This document shows positions 31,391-44,420 of a DNA stretch of 64,000 nucleotides, piece after piece. The stretch comes from Octopus vulgaris (taxonomy: Eukaryota): positions 60,016,001-60,080,000 of the forward strand of contig OX597822.1 of NCBI GenBank assembly GCA_951406725.2. The letters are read 5' to 3'. Position 1 is the stretch's first letter. Each line of letters starts with the position of its first letter. The notes under the pieces are model-generated. The model ran no database searches, had not been told where the DNA came from, and saw only the letters and a list, made by a program, of their open reading frames with translations. Made by a program: the position numbers and the translations under genes.

Positions 31391-32578
31391 TTACTGCTCG
31401 AAAGTTTTTGCTTTCTCCTCCTTTGGTTTGTCCTCGAGGAGATCCCAGTACAGTTTCTTTGTGAGATATTTTTGGCATTTACCAACCGCACTGGGGAAAA
31501 TGCCTTTGAGTGTGTGGTGCAGACTTTTGGAGATGTGTAATATTTTGATGTGGTCTGGTGGTGTTGTGTATGGGTGATTGTTTGTTTTTATGTCATCTTC
31601 TGTTATGTCTGTTTTTGATTGGATGTATTCCATCAAATTTGTGTTTTTGGTGTCTATAGCTGTGAGCATGTTTGCTGTATATATTTGTGTGGTGTTGGTG
31701 TGGCTGTTGTTTGTGTTGGGTTTTGAAATGTCTTCGGGAGATGTATTTCCCCCTGCTTTGTTCGTGTTTGCATTTGGTTTGGTTGTGTTTCTGCTCTTTA
31801 TTTTCCTTCTTTTTGTAGCTATTTGCCATTCCTCACTGGTTTCGTCTTCCGACGAAATTTCTGAGGAATCAGTAGGGGGTAGGGGTATGTTGTAGGCTTC
31901 TATGTATGTCTGTGTAAGTGGTTGTGTTGTTGTTTTCGTTGTTGTTGGTTGTTGAGTGTTTGTGTGTGTTGAGTGCGGTATAAGGGATGGGGGATCAGTT
32001 TTTGTGTGTTTTCTTTGTTTTTCTGTTCCTTTGGTTCTTGCTGTTGTTGGTGGTGTTGGTATTTTTTCAGGTGCTGAGTGGTTTTTGGTTGATGACGGAT
32101 TAGCTTGGTGTGCTTCTCTTGTCGTCTTCTGTGTTGATGGTGGTGTGGGTAGTAGAGCTTTTTTTCCGGAGTGCTTTGGTTGTGGTAGTGGTTGTTGTTG
32201 TTGCTCTTGGTGTGCAGTGGTTGGGTACGTCTTTTTCAACTGTGTTTCGCTTCCACACAAATAGCAGCGCGGTCGCCTGCCCTCTACCACTACATAGAGT
32301 TTGTAGCCTCCTGGCAGTTCTATAGTGGTGGGTATCTTCTCTCTTGCTGCTTCATCCAATTGAAGAAGGAATTCGATTGATTTTCCCACATAGTCTTTCT
32401 CTCCTAGAACAGCGATTTCAAGGATGTTTGTCTCTGACATTGTCTCTGTCATTTCAAAGCAGATGGCAGAGACTAACCATTGTGTTTCGACTTCAAGTGG
32501 TACATTTATTTGGACTTTCGTGACCCTTTTGTTTAAATAGACTGGTATCATTACCAAGTCGTCCGAATGCAGCTCCAA
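31391..32578 (-). CDS. LINE ORF1 (nucleic-acid binding), probably 5'-incomplete
   Basis: 395-aa ORF directly upstream of ORF2; degenerate CCHC knuckle and T/P/Q/K-rich low-complexity region. Confidence 0.7.
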   Translation of the reverse strand: MELHSDDLVMIPVYLNKRVTKVQINVPLEVETQWLVSAICFEMTETMSETNILEIAVLGEKDYVGKSIEFLLQLDEAAREKIPTTIELPGGYKLYVVVEGRRPRCYLCGSETQLKKTYPTTAHQEQQQQPLPQPKHSGKKALLPTPPSTQKTTREAHQANPSSTKNHSAPEKIPTPPTTARTKGTEKQRKHTKTDPPSLIPHSTHTNTQQPTTTKTTTQPLTQTYIEAYNIPLPPTDSSEISSEDETSEEWQIATKRRKIKSRNTTKPNANTNKAGGNTSPEDISKPNTNNSHTNTTQIYTANMLTAIDTKNTNLMEYIQSKTDITEDDIKTNNHPYTTPPDHIKILHISKSLHHTLKGIFPSAVGKCQKYLTKKLYWDLLEDKPKEEKAKTFEQ

Positions 32579-32710
32579 TGTGGAAAAACGTTTTGCTAAG
32601 TTTTCGTTGAGGAAACGTACTTCGACTGTACCAAATTTGTTTCTCCAACTGATATATTCCTTGGAGTCCCATGCAGGACGAAGGCATTTTTCAATTTTTT
32701 CCTGCGGTGC

Positions 32711-32828
<118 letters not shown>

Positions 32829-32874
32829 ACAAACAGAGAGGTAGATAGGACAGTCAGACAGACGGCAATTTAGA

Positions 32875-35858
32875 TTTCTTTATTTAGCCACACAGGACCG
32901 AAAACAGATGGAACAATACAATGTAGATTTTTTTACTTTCGAAACAGCTCAGTAGGGATTGAAAAACGTTTTGGGGCGCGAACACATGTAGATAACAAGG
33001 TTTCGTTTTTAACTATTTATATTCCCCAAAAAGGGGAGAAAATATAACACTGACTAGAGTTATCCGTGGAGAGAAAAACCTCCGAAAAAACCTCGGTAAC
33101 CTCGGAAAAAAGGAAAACAATTTGAGAGAAATGTGCCCTCTCTCCTTTTGTTTTATAGGTTTATGTTTAAAATGGTTCCGCCATTTATGTGTACCATCTT
33201 TGCTACATTCACCCACCTTTCATTAAAAATTTCATTATACAAAATTTCCCTTACTACTTTTACCTCCCTTTTCAAGTGATACTTCAAAGGCTAATGAGAG
33301 GTTGGCCAGAGAGGAAAGTATTTGTCTCTAAGCCTTTCAAACGAGTCCATTTATCGGGTGTTGACAGCAAATGTATCGCCTAACCTTTTAGAGATAGCTT
33401 CTTCTCGGCCCACAGCTGAGTGTGATCTCGTCCCAGTTCTCCATTTGGAGTTCTGGGTCGAACCAAAACCCGAACAATTTAACCGATCCGTCTGTCCAGT
33501 GCCCCACGATGGAAGTGCTGTTGGAGAGCATAGGCTTGATACAATAGGTGCCGAGCCGCATGCTCACCGGAGTTTTCGGGTTAATTTTTGCTCCCGTTAC
33601 CGATTCGTATTATTTTAGTGCCTCGCCGACCAGGTCAGTATGTCTGAGGCTTGATACTATGACGGTGATATCGTCCGCATATGCAGTACGCTCCATCCGT
33701 ATCCCAGTTCTCGCGGGATACCCCTCAGCGTCGCCAGCTTCCACAATAATGGCTCAAGAGTCAATATATACGAAAGTGACGAGAAGGGGCATCCCCGACA
33801 GCCCGAACGCATGATGTCTGAATGGTTTAGTTGGATGGTCATTTACTCGAACTACTGAACGGTTGCCGCTGTATAAAGCAGCGTTCCAACCACGGAAGAC
33901 TGGACCGAAATCAGCCACCCAAAGGACAGCCACCAAGTATCGATGGTCGATCCTATCGAAGGCTTTTGATTGATCCAAAGTGATCAGCGCCCTACCTATG
34001 CCAGGTTCCATAACTACCCTGTGTATGATGTAGCGCATGAGGTGGAGGTTACCATGAATAGTTCTGCCCCCAAGACGCATGTTTGCCCCTTGTCGACCAG
34101 TTTCTCGATGACAAACACCAACCGCTCGGCTAGCACTTTGGCCAAAATTTTCAAATCTACGTTGAGCAGAGTGATGGGCCTGAAATTATCTATAACGATC
34201 CCCTTGTTTGCGACTTTCTTTAACAGTGTCACTGCTCCTCGACTCACAAAACTGAGCGGCTGTAATGGAACTTTCACAACATTCCGCCTCTCTTGCCGAG
34301 AGTCATGGCAGACCATACAGGTAGTCTCTAAAGTCGGTTCTGCATTCTGATCCACCAGTTGTCCCGAGCAGCCGGACAAAGTCCTGGTGAAAGGTCCCAC
34401 CTCCTTTCGGTTTCGAGTAATTCGCACCCTTGTTGATCTATCAAAGACCAAATGGTGGCTTTGTTGTCATGTTGCGCCTCCGCCACGCGCCCCTCGGGTG
34501 GTTCTAATTCCCTCGCTTCTTAGGGCTCGCATCCTAGCTCTGACAACCTTCGTGGTTGGCGTTGAAGTGTTGATCAAGGGTCAACCCCGCCGCCGCGCAC
34601 GTTGGTCACGCTGCTACTCCTAAGAACTTAGAAGTAGCAGCGTGACCAACGTGCTGGCGGCGGGGTTGACCCTTGATCAACACTTCAACGCCAACCACGA
34701 AGGTTGTCAGAGCTAGGATGCGAGCCCTAAGAAGCGAGGGAATTAGAACCACCCGAGGCGCGTGTGGCGGAGGTGCAACATGACAACAAAGCCACCATTT
34801 GGTCTTTGATAGATCAACAAGGATGCGAATTACTCGAAACCGAAAGGAGGTGTGGGGCCTTTCACCTTCTAATTTCAACTTCTAATTTCTTAACTAGGTC
34901 TCTCTTTACTCTGTTTCGATCTATTACTAAAGCCTTGCTGTACCTAACCGTTTCTGCTTTATTTGCCCTCTTTGGGGCAAACCACCACTTGTTGTTGACG
35001 ATGGCTCCAGTCAACGCCCTCCTAACTAATGCGTAAATCCGGTCTCTGTAAGCCTGTCGCGCCAGGAGTCACGCATTCAGTTTCCAGTATCCGGGATACT
35101 GCCTATGATTCTTATCTAAGTCGATAGTACAGGTCACGAATTTGTGATCTGTTTAGCTGATTATGTGAAATTTTGGACAATCTATACTATCCCTATCCAC
35201 TGTCCTACGAAATACTCTATCTAAATACAATCTCGACGACTCGATAAAGTTGGTCTATGTCCACATTGGCACATTCGGGTAGTCCAGTCGGTACCTGTCA
35301 GACATTTGGAAACGTCTGAGAAGATCTTTGAGGCATTTGCATCCCAGATTTCGAATTGTCAACTGAACATGGGCTTGAAGGCCCGCGGGTTGTGGAGTCT
35401 GGTTTCGCTGATGGCTATATCTACATTTTGAGACTTGATGCCATTTAGCAGATAACCTTGTTTCCAAGGCGGTCCCAAGCCACGCACATTTACATTACCT
35501 ATTCTGATCATGGCCCTAAAAGTTGTGTTTTACACTGAACGAGAAAAGAAAGGGAAGAGAGGTACTTACTGTTCGAAAGTTGGATACTGTCCTCTTCAAA
35601 AGTTTCCATGAGGAGGTTTTCATAGATTTTTTAGACAAGTGTTTTTGAAATCTCCCTACTGCATTAGGATACAGAGATTTCACTAAATTATGTGTGTTTC
35701 GTGCCGTATACTATTTTTATGTGTTGTGGTGGTTTTGTGCGTGGGTGTTTGTTTTAAAACTGTTTTCTCTTAATTCAGTGTGAGACCAGATGTATTGCAT
35801 CAGCTCCAAATTGTTTGTGTTGATTGCGATTTGCATTGTTGACGTTTTTTTGTTTGTA
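32875..35858 (-). mobile_element. Second, older and internally deleted copy of the same LINE family
   Basis: Homologous RT pieces (FRPITLLNVDLKILAKVLA, DQSKAFDRI), endonuclease start near 35510, ORF1 C-terminus at 35570-35850, same 3' end TTTATTTAGCCACACAGG. Confidence 0.88.
34386..34866. repeat. Long near-perfect palindrome (~240-bp arms, 2-nt spacer) inside the second LINE
   Basis: Centre ...GCTGCTACTCCTAAG-AA-CTTAGAAGTAGCAGC...; mirrored ORFs 34387+ and 34606- in the track. Confidence 0.92.
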
Positions 35859-36271
35859 GGGTGTCCGGTCAATTCGTCGACGGCAATTTGTCGTCGTTTA
35901 ATTTGTCTCCAGTCAATTCGTCGTTGGTCAATTCATCCCCATGTCAATTCGTCATCAGTCAATTCGTTACTGTATTACATATTTCTTTTTTTCTTAAAAT
36001 TTTAGATTGTCTGCAATTGCTTTTAGAAAAATAAGTTTTTGGTTTGGATCATATTTTTCAGTGACATTTTTTATATCTTTATTTTATGTGGTGGTGGGAG
36101 ATTGGTTATTCTCCTTGCATAAACTTCTGTAATTTGGTACTGGCAAAACTTTCCTCACATTTAATCACATTAATAAGTTTCCAAATATTTCAATGATTAA
36201 TATTCACTGTGCTATTCAATGCGGTGTGGTACACTTCTAAACTATTTGTAGTATCAGCAATCCCCGGCGTA

Positions 36272-37500
36272 CGAGGGACGTTCAATAAGTAATGCCCTTG
36301 ACACTCTTGCAATTGTTTGATCTAGCTGAAATTTTTGCATGTGCAATTATTTATGTCTTCTATAGATTAAGTGACAAATTACAGCTTTGAACTAATTGTG
36401 GTTTCTGATTTACAGGTGTTTGAACTGAGTCAAGTGTGAAATGGAGCCTGTTGAGTGTCGAGCAGTAATCCGGTTTTTGTATTTGGAAGGATGCACACCA
36501 CAGGAGACTTTTGATGAAATGAAAGTAACTTATGGTGATGATGCCTCATCATATGACCTTGTAAAACGCTGGCATCGTGAATTCAAACATGGTCGGAACT
36601 CTGTGGAAACAGCTTCCAGATCTGGTCGCCCCTCTTCTGCCATTAATGAGGCATCTGTCCATCAAGTTGAGGCTGCCATTTTGGAAGATCATCGCATAAC
36701 AATTCGCCAAATAGCCCATCAGGTCAAGATTAGTACCAGGTATGTGGAAACTATCATTCATGACCATTTGCATATGCAAAAGGTGTCTGCTAGATGGATT
36801 CCCAGGTTGTTCACACCTTTCCAGAAGCAAGAACGCGTCAAGTGCTCGAGGATGAATTTGGAGATGTGCCAAGAAGATGAGTCAAAATTTTCAAAAGACT
36901 GATTACACAGGATGAAACCTGGGGCCATCACTATGATCCAGAGACTAAAGCCCAGTCCATGCAGTGGAAGCACCGTGACTCACCTCCTCCAAAGAAAGCG
37001 TGCAGCCCTTCGCTGGCAAGGTCACGCTCACAGTCTTCTGGGACCAGGACGGGAGTAGCTCTATGACAGCCTCCCTGGCAAAGGGTACCACAATTACAGG
37101 AGCCTATTATGCTTCACTTTTGAGTGAAATCAAGAGAAGCTATCAAAATCAAGGGTGCGGGGCAAGCATCTAGCAAAGGCATCCTCCTCCTGCAGGACAA
37201 CGCTCCGGTCCACAACTCGCGTGTCATTCAGATCAGAAGCACAGGCTGCGAACTCCTCTCCCATCTTCCCTACTCTCCCTGACCTTGCACCCTCTGATTT
37301 TCACCTCTTCCCAATCATGAAGTTGTTTTTGAAAGGAAAGCGTTTCCCTGATGATGCAGCCTTGATTTCTGAAGTCACGTCGTGGTTGGAGGACCAAGCT
37401 GGGGTCTTCTACAAAAACGGTCTCCAGAGCTGCATCAAACGATGGGAGAAATGCGTAACTCTGGGTGGTTCCTATGCAGAAAAAGACTAATAACTCAATG
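36272..37500 (+). mobile_element. Mariner transposon, frameshifted transposase 36441-37490, right TIR not found
   Basis: TA|CGAGGGACGTTCAATAAG left end; HTH region, WIPR (WVPH-like) motif, DETWGHHYDPETK, PDLAPSDFHLF and RWEKCV motifs. Confidence 0.88.
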
Positions 37501-37532
37501 CCGTCGCCTCTCTATCCTCTTTCTCTCTAGAT

Positions 37533-37732
37533 CAGTGGTTCCCAAGGGGCTCCCAAACTTATTGTTTAAATAAGTTTTCCTCGTACGGACCTTTTAACAT
37601 GCATATCCTTTTGTGTACATATATGCATATATATATATATATATATATGAAATTTTAAATTTAGTTCACGGACACCCAGTACTACCTTTGCGAACCTCCA
37701 GGGGTCTGCAGACCCCAGGTTAGGAATCACTG
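37533..37732. mobile_element. hAT-Charlie-like MITE
   Basis: TIRs CAGTGGTTCCCAA / TTAGGAATCACTG; 8-bp target duplication CTCTAGAT / CTCTAGGT. Confidence 0.8.
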
Positions 37733-39008
37733 CTCTAGGTGGTCCTATATAATTGTTTTCAGAATAGGATACAATTGACTGTGGAATATCATCATCATCT
37801 GCAAGTTGTTTATATCCATCTACAACATCATCAACTGGCAGGAAGCCAAAGGGCAAAAGAGCACCGCATTTTTAGACTAAAACTGTCTTCGTGATATCTG
37901 CATTTTGGTCCTTCTTGCACAACAGACTTGTACGCATTGTCTTCTAAATGAATCAAGCGAGCATGCCAAATTCGACCCTGGAAACTATTCCAGAAATCCG
38001 TTATGGGCAGCTTTTTCGAAATCCATAATTATATTATCAGGTCCCTCATTCTGAAGTAATTCATTTATTTTGGCAAAAAGTCTATTATATGTTTCTTGAC
38101 ATTTGTCAGAGAGTAATGCAAACAATCGTGGGAAATTAATAATATCAATTTGACTGTGAAGTATATATAACTGGAAAAAATATACTAGAGCAGTAATTAT
38201 ATATGTTCCATCTGCTGCCCAGTTCTTGTGCTGTTTTAACTGTCGAAGTGCTTCGTCACTTGCATATTTACATCTCTAAATGTTGTCCATTGTTCTTTGA
38301 ATCCAAATTTTCCGTAGGAAACTTTTCAACAACAGCAACAAAAACCAAAATAGATATTGTATAATTGTATGTCTAATTTTTATTTATCTTTTCGTCATAG
38401 AATTTGCTTTAAAAGGTTTCGTTCATTTTGTTTACATTAAAACTATAAAAACTCCTACACATTTTCAAATTACTTTGTTACTAGACTTTACAACAGAAAA
38501 ATTTCTTTTCAGTCATTTCCTTTCCACACCTTCATACGTGTTTTTTTTTTCTTGCTGTCATCGTTGTCACACTCGCCTTTAGTGCTGGTATTCTTTTCCT
38601 CTTTATCCCCTTTTTTTCTCTCCATCGTTTCCTTTTCCTTATTCTTACCTATAATGATGCTTTGATTGGTACGATTAGAAAAACAAATATCTACAGATCC
38701 ATTTTCATTGGTCATCTGGCGCAACATTCAAACCCGGACAACTTTGTGTAAACTTTGGCATACGCTATTATTCCCAATGACCATATCCTATAAATACTGG
38801 ACTTTCTCGCGTTGCCTACCAGAATTGCCTTGTTTGTTCACCGGACATATTCAGAGAATTCAGTGCGTTCTTTTCACACCGGAGCTCTCTGTGAGTTCAA
38901 TACGTCGACTAGCGTCGCCTTTGCAAGGACGAGGGGACTAGTGATATACATTATACATACACTGTATATCTAAAAGCTCATAAGACAATTCTTAATAAGG
39001 CAATCAGC

Positions 39009-39065
39009 ATGCTTCAATTAACCGATAGATTCCTGCTCTGCGCTTTTCTTGCTACAATAATTTCT
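39009..39065 (+). CDS. Copy B exon 1, signal peptide MLQLTDRFLLCAFLATIIS
   Basis: Homologous to 5780-5836; GTAAGT donor. Confidence 0.75.
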
Positions 39066-39333
39066 GTAAGTATTCTGTTTTAGATTCCCCTACAAACCGA
39101 ACACTCGCGCGCACGCCCGAAAACATATATCTGCGCACGCGCACGCACACAGACACACACACAGATTCTGTATAATTCATTTTTAGACACGTGTGTCTTT
39201 ATGCATACATATGTATGCGTGCATGTATATTTGCATGATATTGCATGTATGTGTATGCATGAATACACACAACTTTGATACTTTGATAGGTTTCGGCCAT
39301 TATTGGCCCAGGCCATGTCTAACACACCTGGTG

Positions 39334-39376
<43 letters not shown>

Positions 39377-39529
39377 TATATGTATGTATTCATACACACA
39401 CACATATATATATATACATACATACACATACGTATACATATTATCTACATACATACATATACACACAAGTATGTATATATGTATATAAATATATATATAC
39501 GTATATATTTATATTCATATACATATATC

Positions 39530-39562
<33 letters not shown>

Positions 39563-40189
39563 TATACATATATACATACCTATATATATACATACATACA
39601 TACGTACGTACATACATACATACACATACATACATACATTCACATACATACATACACATACATACATACATACATACATACATACATACACAGAGCTTAA
39701 ATATCCTCACCAATGGGCTGAAGCTGACCTCGTTGATTCCGTTGTATCTGTCTACTAGCTTATTATATATAAAGAAGTGCAGAATTATAGCTTTGAGGTT
39801 ACGAAGACCGCTTCACAAGCATTTAGTTTCGACTTCAGTTTAACTATACAGCACGTTGGGGGAAAATATTCTGCTATAGTTCCAAATCGACTGAACCCTT
39901 GTGAGTGAATATGGTGGACAGAAATTGGGTATAAGGCTGCCATAAATGCATTACTTTGTGTTTGTCTTCGACTCTCGTGATTTTGAATTAGTGATGGTTG
40001 TTTATGTTTCGTAACTTAACGGTTTAGCAAAGTGGGTGGAATAGAATAGGTACTCAGTTTCAGATGAAATGCTATCAAAAAATGTTTATCTGCCCATAGA
40101 CATACTGCCTATAAAGAAGAAGTCAGAAATATAAATCGTAAATGCTATAGAAACATATTTCATAAAGTGTTCTTACTGATATTTTACAG

Positions 40190-40383
40190 CCAATTGTAGC
40201 CGACTATGTAATTGATGTGAAGTTGATCGAGTTTGAAAATTACAACCGTTTACTGGCTAATGGACGCACATGCATCAATTTCGGAACTCAACAATGTCAA
40301 ACGACTCTTCATGTTTGTGCTAGACCTGATGATACTTCGACATTGTGTCGTTATGGTAGCTGAACTAAAAACAGGAGTTATCG
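40190..40383 (+). pseudogene. Copy B exon 2 (C2/MNNL) with a local frameshift and stop
   Basis: Reads TATGGTAGCTGAACTAAAAACAGG versus TATGGCGAGACTAAAACAGG in copy A; 194 nt versus 190 nt. Confidence 0.75.
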
Positions 40384-40649
40384 GTAAGTACATGTTTATC
40401 CATAAAAATAAAACTAGCAAGATTCCAGGATTCAAGTTCAAACTATATCAAGATGACTTGTTTTGTATTTTTTTATATGATTCTACGTGTGTCAGTTTGG
40501 ATACTTTTTAAGTACCAGACATCTTTTTCTTTACTCAATTCATTAGAATAGGAATGGGTAAATATAATTCTCAGCCTGAACAGTGTAGAAAAGAACAAAC
40601 GATTTTTGCATTAACGCTTTATGTACATGTGAAGCAATTTTTAAAAAAC

Positions 40650-40827
40650 GCAGGGACGAATGGACAAGTGATACACATTATAAATACACTATGTATCTAA
40701 AAGCTCATACGACAATTCTTAATAAAACTATTTTCAATCAACCGTTAGATTCCTGCTCTGCGCTTTTCTTGCTACAATAACTTCTGTAAGTATTTTGTCT
40801 CGGATTCCTTACAAACCGAACACTCGT

Positions 40828-40863
<36 letters not shown>

Positions 40864-40960
40864 TCTATATAATTTATTTTTAGACACATGTGTGTCTTTA
40901 TGCATAGGTATATATTCGTGTATGTATATTTGCATGAGATTATATGTTTGTGTATGCATG
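40650..40960 (+). pseudogene. Third, ATG-less copy of exon 1 and the start of intron 1, inside copy B intron 2
   Basis: Matches 5696-6085; the CAGCATGCTTC context is replaced by ACTATTTTC while the GTAAGT donor is retained. Confidence 0.7.
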
Positions 40961-40961
40961 A

Positions 40962-41011
<50 letters not shown>

Positions 41012-41013
<2 letters not shown>

Positions 41014-41226
41014 CTTATAAATGAGGGTAAAACGAAAAAAATTTCTAATGCCAAATATGCCGAAATTAGACATAATGTCCATAACCATTATATTTTTTCA
41101 GAATACGCACGCTCCTCCAAAAAGGAGCGTGCGTATTGTGAAAAAATATGATGGTTATGGACATTATGTCTAATTTCCGGAATACTAGCATTGAAAATTT
41201 TTCGTTACCCCTCATTTATAAGTTAC
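41012..41226. repeat. TA-flanked foldback element (~100-bp arms)
   Basis: TAACTTATAAATGAGGG...GCACGCTCCT-CCAAAA-AGGAGCGTGCG...CCCTCATTTATAAGTTA. Confidence 0.8.
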
Positions 41227-41326
41227 ACCATTTATAGACAACTTTAAAGGAGTGTTTTTTATATACTGGCCATTGATAAAATTATTTTGAGGAGGTTTTC
41301 GAAAAAATTTATCTTACATTAACTAT

Positions 41327-41665
41327 GGCGCATGGCTCAGTGGTTAGAGCGTCGAGGCTTACGATCGTGAGGTTGTAGGCTCGAATCCCAGACCGAGGAG
41401 CTGCATTGTTGTGTTTCTTGAGCAAAACACTTTATTTCACGTTGCTCCAGTTCACTCTAGCTGTAGAAATGAGTTGCGACGTCACAGGTGCCAAGCTAGC
41501 TGTCGACCTTTGTCTTTCCCTTGGATAACACTGGTGGCGTGGAGAGGGGAGGCCGGTATACATGGGCGACTGCTGGTCTTCCATAAACAACCCTTTAAGA
41601 CTTTGTCTAGGAGGGGTAACTTTCTAGGTGCAATCCCATGGTGTTGCCATGACCGAAGGGGAGTC
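41327..41665 (+). mobile_element. tRNA-derived SINE (third family)
   Basis: GGCGCATGGCTCAGTGGTTAGAGCG A box and GGCTCGAATCCC B box, CTTGAGCAAAACACTT body, A-rich tail. Confidence 0.8.
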
Positions 41666-41811
41666 AAAATAAAAAAAAATATATACATACATATATATAT
41701 AATTATATATGTATGTATGTATTCATACACACACACACACATATACATATATATACATACATACGTACATACATAATATCTACATACATACATATACACA
41801 CACAAGTTTGT

Positions 41812-41858
<47 letters not shown>

Positions 41859-42824
41859 TATATATATACATATATTTATATTATACATATATATTCATAT
41901 ATATATATATAAATTCATCATCTGAAAGTTTCCAGCTCTGGTTCCTCTCCTGTTGCATGTACAGATATATACTGTATATACATATATACATATGTTGCAT
42001 TTGTGATCGAATGGAGAATAATAGAAGGGTCTAAACCATACATGAATAGCTCTAATAGATATACTTTCCTTTTGGCCGAAAGGCCGCAGATATTCTTTAG
42101 ATCCGAGGTCAGCGATTTTTAGTGGATGTAAACACATGTTTAAATTTATCTTTAAAAACTTGGAGATTCCACCGATTCCTGATTGATTGGTCATTTTTGC
42201 TCTCCTATCTTTCGTTATAACACCTAGGAATATAGATATAGTTTCTTCCTTCACTGTATCGATTTATATCTCATATTTATATCTACATTATAATTTTTCC
42301 ATCCTTTTATATCCCTTTTGTAATTGCTACATATTATAAGTATAGACCATTATAACAGAAACCATAGAGTCTATTATAATAATAATTTTATGCAATTTAT
42401 GTATATTGTATTTTTTATGTACTTGTATAATTCATGTATTGTATATACTCGTATAGCCTTTGAATTACGTGTAGATCTATATATATTTTATATATTGATT
42501 CATTTATAATTTAGCTTAATTTTCATGATTTTTATAATTTATAACTTTATCATTTTACTTTGTTTTTTTGTGTATATTTTCGAATTAAATACATTTGAAA
42601 CCTTAATTTGTTGGCTACCTGTAGTGGAATCTTCCATTAAATATTGTTTGCTTTAGCGTCACATCTCGTCGGTCCTCTATTTAAACTTCTTGGTTTCATT
42701 GAATAAGCAGCGCCTGATGAACGTATTTGCCTTGCACACTAGTAGTAACGCGTATAGTACTTGCAGGACATACATTAATATTGGACTCATTAGATGGAAT
42801 ATTCTTCTTGTTGGCCTTTTTAAG

Positions 42825-42872
<48 letters not shown>

Positions 42873-42959
42873 TCATCACACAGCTCTGGTTCTCTCTGTT
42901 GCATGTACAGATATATACTGTATATACATATATACACACATTTGATGTATTTAATATAT

Positions 42960-44420
42960 TTAATATATTTGATATATCTATTGTATCACACGCGTTTTAT
43001 TTCTATATACACGCACACATACACACACACGTACACATATCCACGACACACATGCGCCTCCCACACACCACACACATACACACGCACATACATACACATA
43101 CTTCCACACACGTGCACACACGCATACATACACATGCACACACACATATACACACAGATTAATACATACACACACACACTAGCACAGGTTCGTACATATG
43201 CCTACACACACACACACATACATACACATGCATAGACAGGCACACATTTATACATACATGGGCACAAATCCAACACACAAAACGCACATAATACGCATGG
43301 GCACACACACGTAAGCACACCCACACTAGCACACGCACGCACATGCACACACACGCACATGCACACGCAATCACATACACACACATGTACGCCTACGAAA
43401 AACCACACACACAATCCGCGCACACACGCATACACAAATTCACATACACACCCATGCATATACATGCACACACAATATATGCATACACGCCGCACACACA
43501 CACATACACATGCACATATAGACACAGACACACATATATGCACACTCAAACATGCGTACACATACGCACGCACACACGCACACGAATGAACACATACCAA
43601 ACACTCACAACCCCACGCATACACGTATATACACCCACATACGCACACACACACACACACACACATACACACGCGCGCATACACGCACACACAACTACAC
43701 GCACATACACATGTACACGCAGATACACGTGTATGTACCCACATGCATACACGCGCAAGAAACGCCCCTATATACCCCCTACACAACCCCTCGTTCACAC
43801 ACACATGCACACAAACAAAATACACACGCACATACTCACACATGTACATACGCACACACGTGTATATACACACACACATACAAACACATACATGCACACG
43901 CAATAAACCCGCACATACCTCCCATACACACACAGCTCACACTCGTACATACACGCACATAATTATACATACATGTACACACGCATATGCACATACAAGC
44001 ACACATGCACACATACACAAAGGAAAATGTAATTACTCCCCACACACACAACCCCTACGCATACACACATACACACGCGAACACACCTCTACATACATAC
44101 ACATACACACACTTCAAACAAAACACACACACACCTCATATACATACATGCACACACACATATTTCAAGCTACCAGAACCTTCCACTGACCATTTTCCTA
44201 CGCACATGTGTAGGTAGACCAACAACAGGAGCCACCCCTACTATAAATTCTTCCTATGACCTTAAACAATACTAAGCCCAACCACACACATAGATAAACA
44301 GCCACAACCCCACACACACAGATACACAGACACAAGTGCTATCATTACACACACGCACACACAAACACGCACACGTAGACTTGCGCGCACGCACATACCC
44401 ACACATACACACATATACCT
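42960..44420. repeat. Degenerate (CA)n/(TACA)n compound microsatellite
   Basis: Directly visible; source of the H/T-rich spurious ORFs. Confidence 0.92.

Larger units (their letters stand above)
27604..32710 (-). mobile_element. Near full-length Tx1/L1-clade non-LTR retrotransposon, frameshifted
   Basis: ORF1 31391-32578 with a degenerate zinc knuckle RCYLCGS. ORF2 pieces: APE endonuclease (NARGL, ISETR, GDWN, SYLDRI, TDHK), RT (DQSKAFDRV, VRQGCPLS, AYADD) and C-terminal CPRC..ETVLHALVQC. AATAAA at the 3' end. Confidence 0.92.
35859..38330 (-). mobile_element. Degenerate MULE (Mutator-like) DNA transposon interrupted by a mariner and a hAT MITE
   Basis: Minus-strand translation WAADGT..FFQLYILH...FPRLFALLSDK..ETYNRLF...IMDFEKAAHNGF (37960-38230), GFLPVDDV..SYSENNYIG, and TTNSLEVYH..NIWKLI (36130-36260). 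Terminus GGGTGTCC with ~15-bp GTCAATTCGTC subterminal repeats. Confidence 0.75.

Noticed and set aside
41327-41400. tRNA gene
   Set aside because: A and B boxes are present but there is no clean cloverleaf, and it continues into a SINE body and tail.
42660-42795. Possible hammerhead (CTGATGA on +; CTAATGAGTCC...GGAC on -)
   Set aside because: No properly placed GAAA or stems I/III on either strand.
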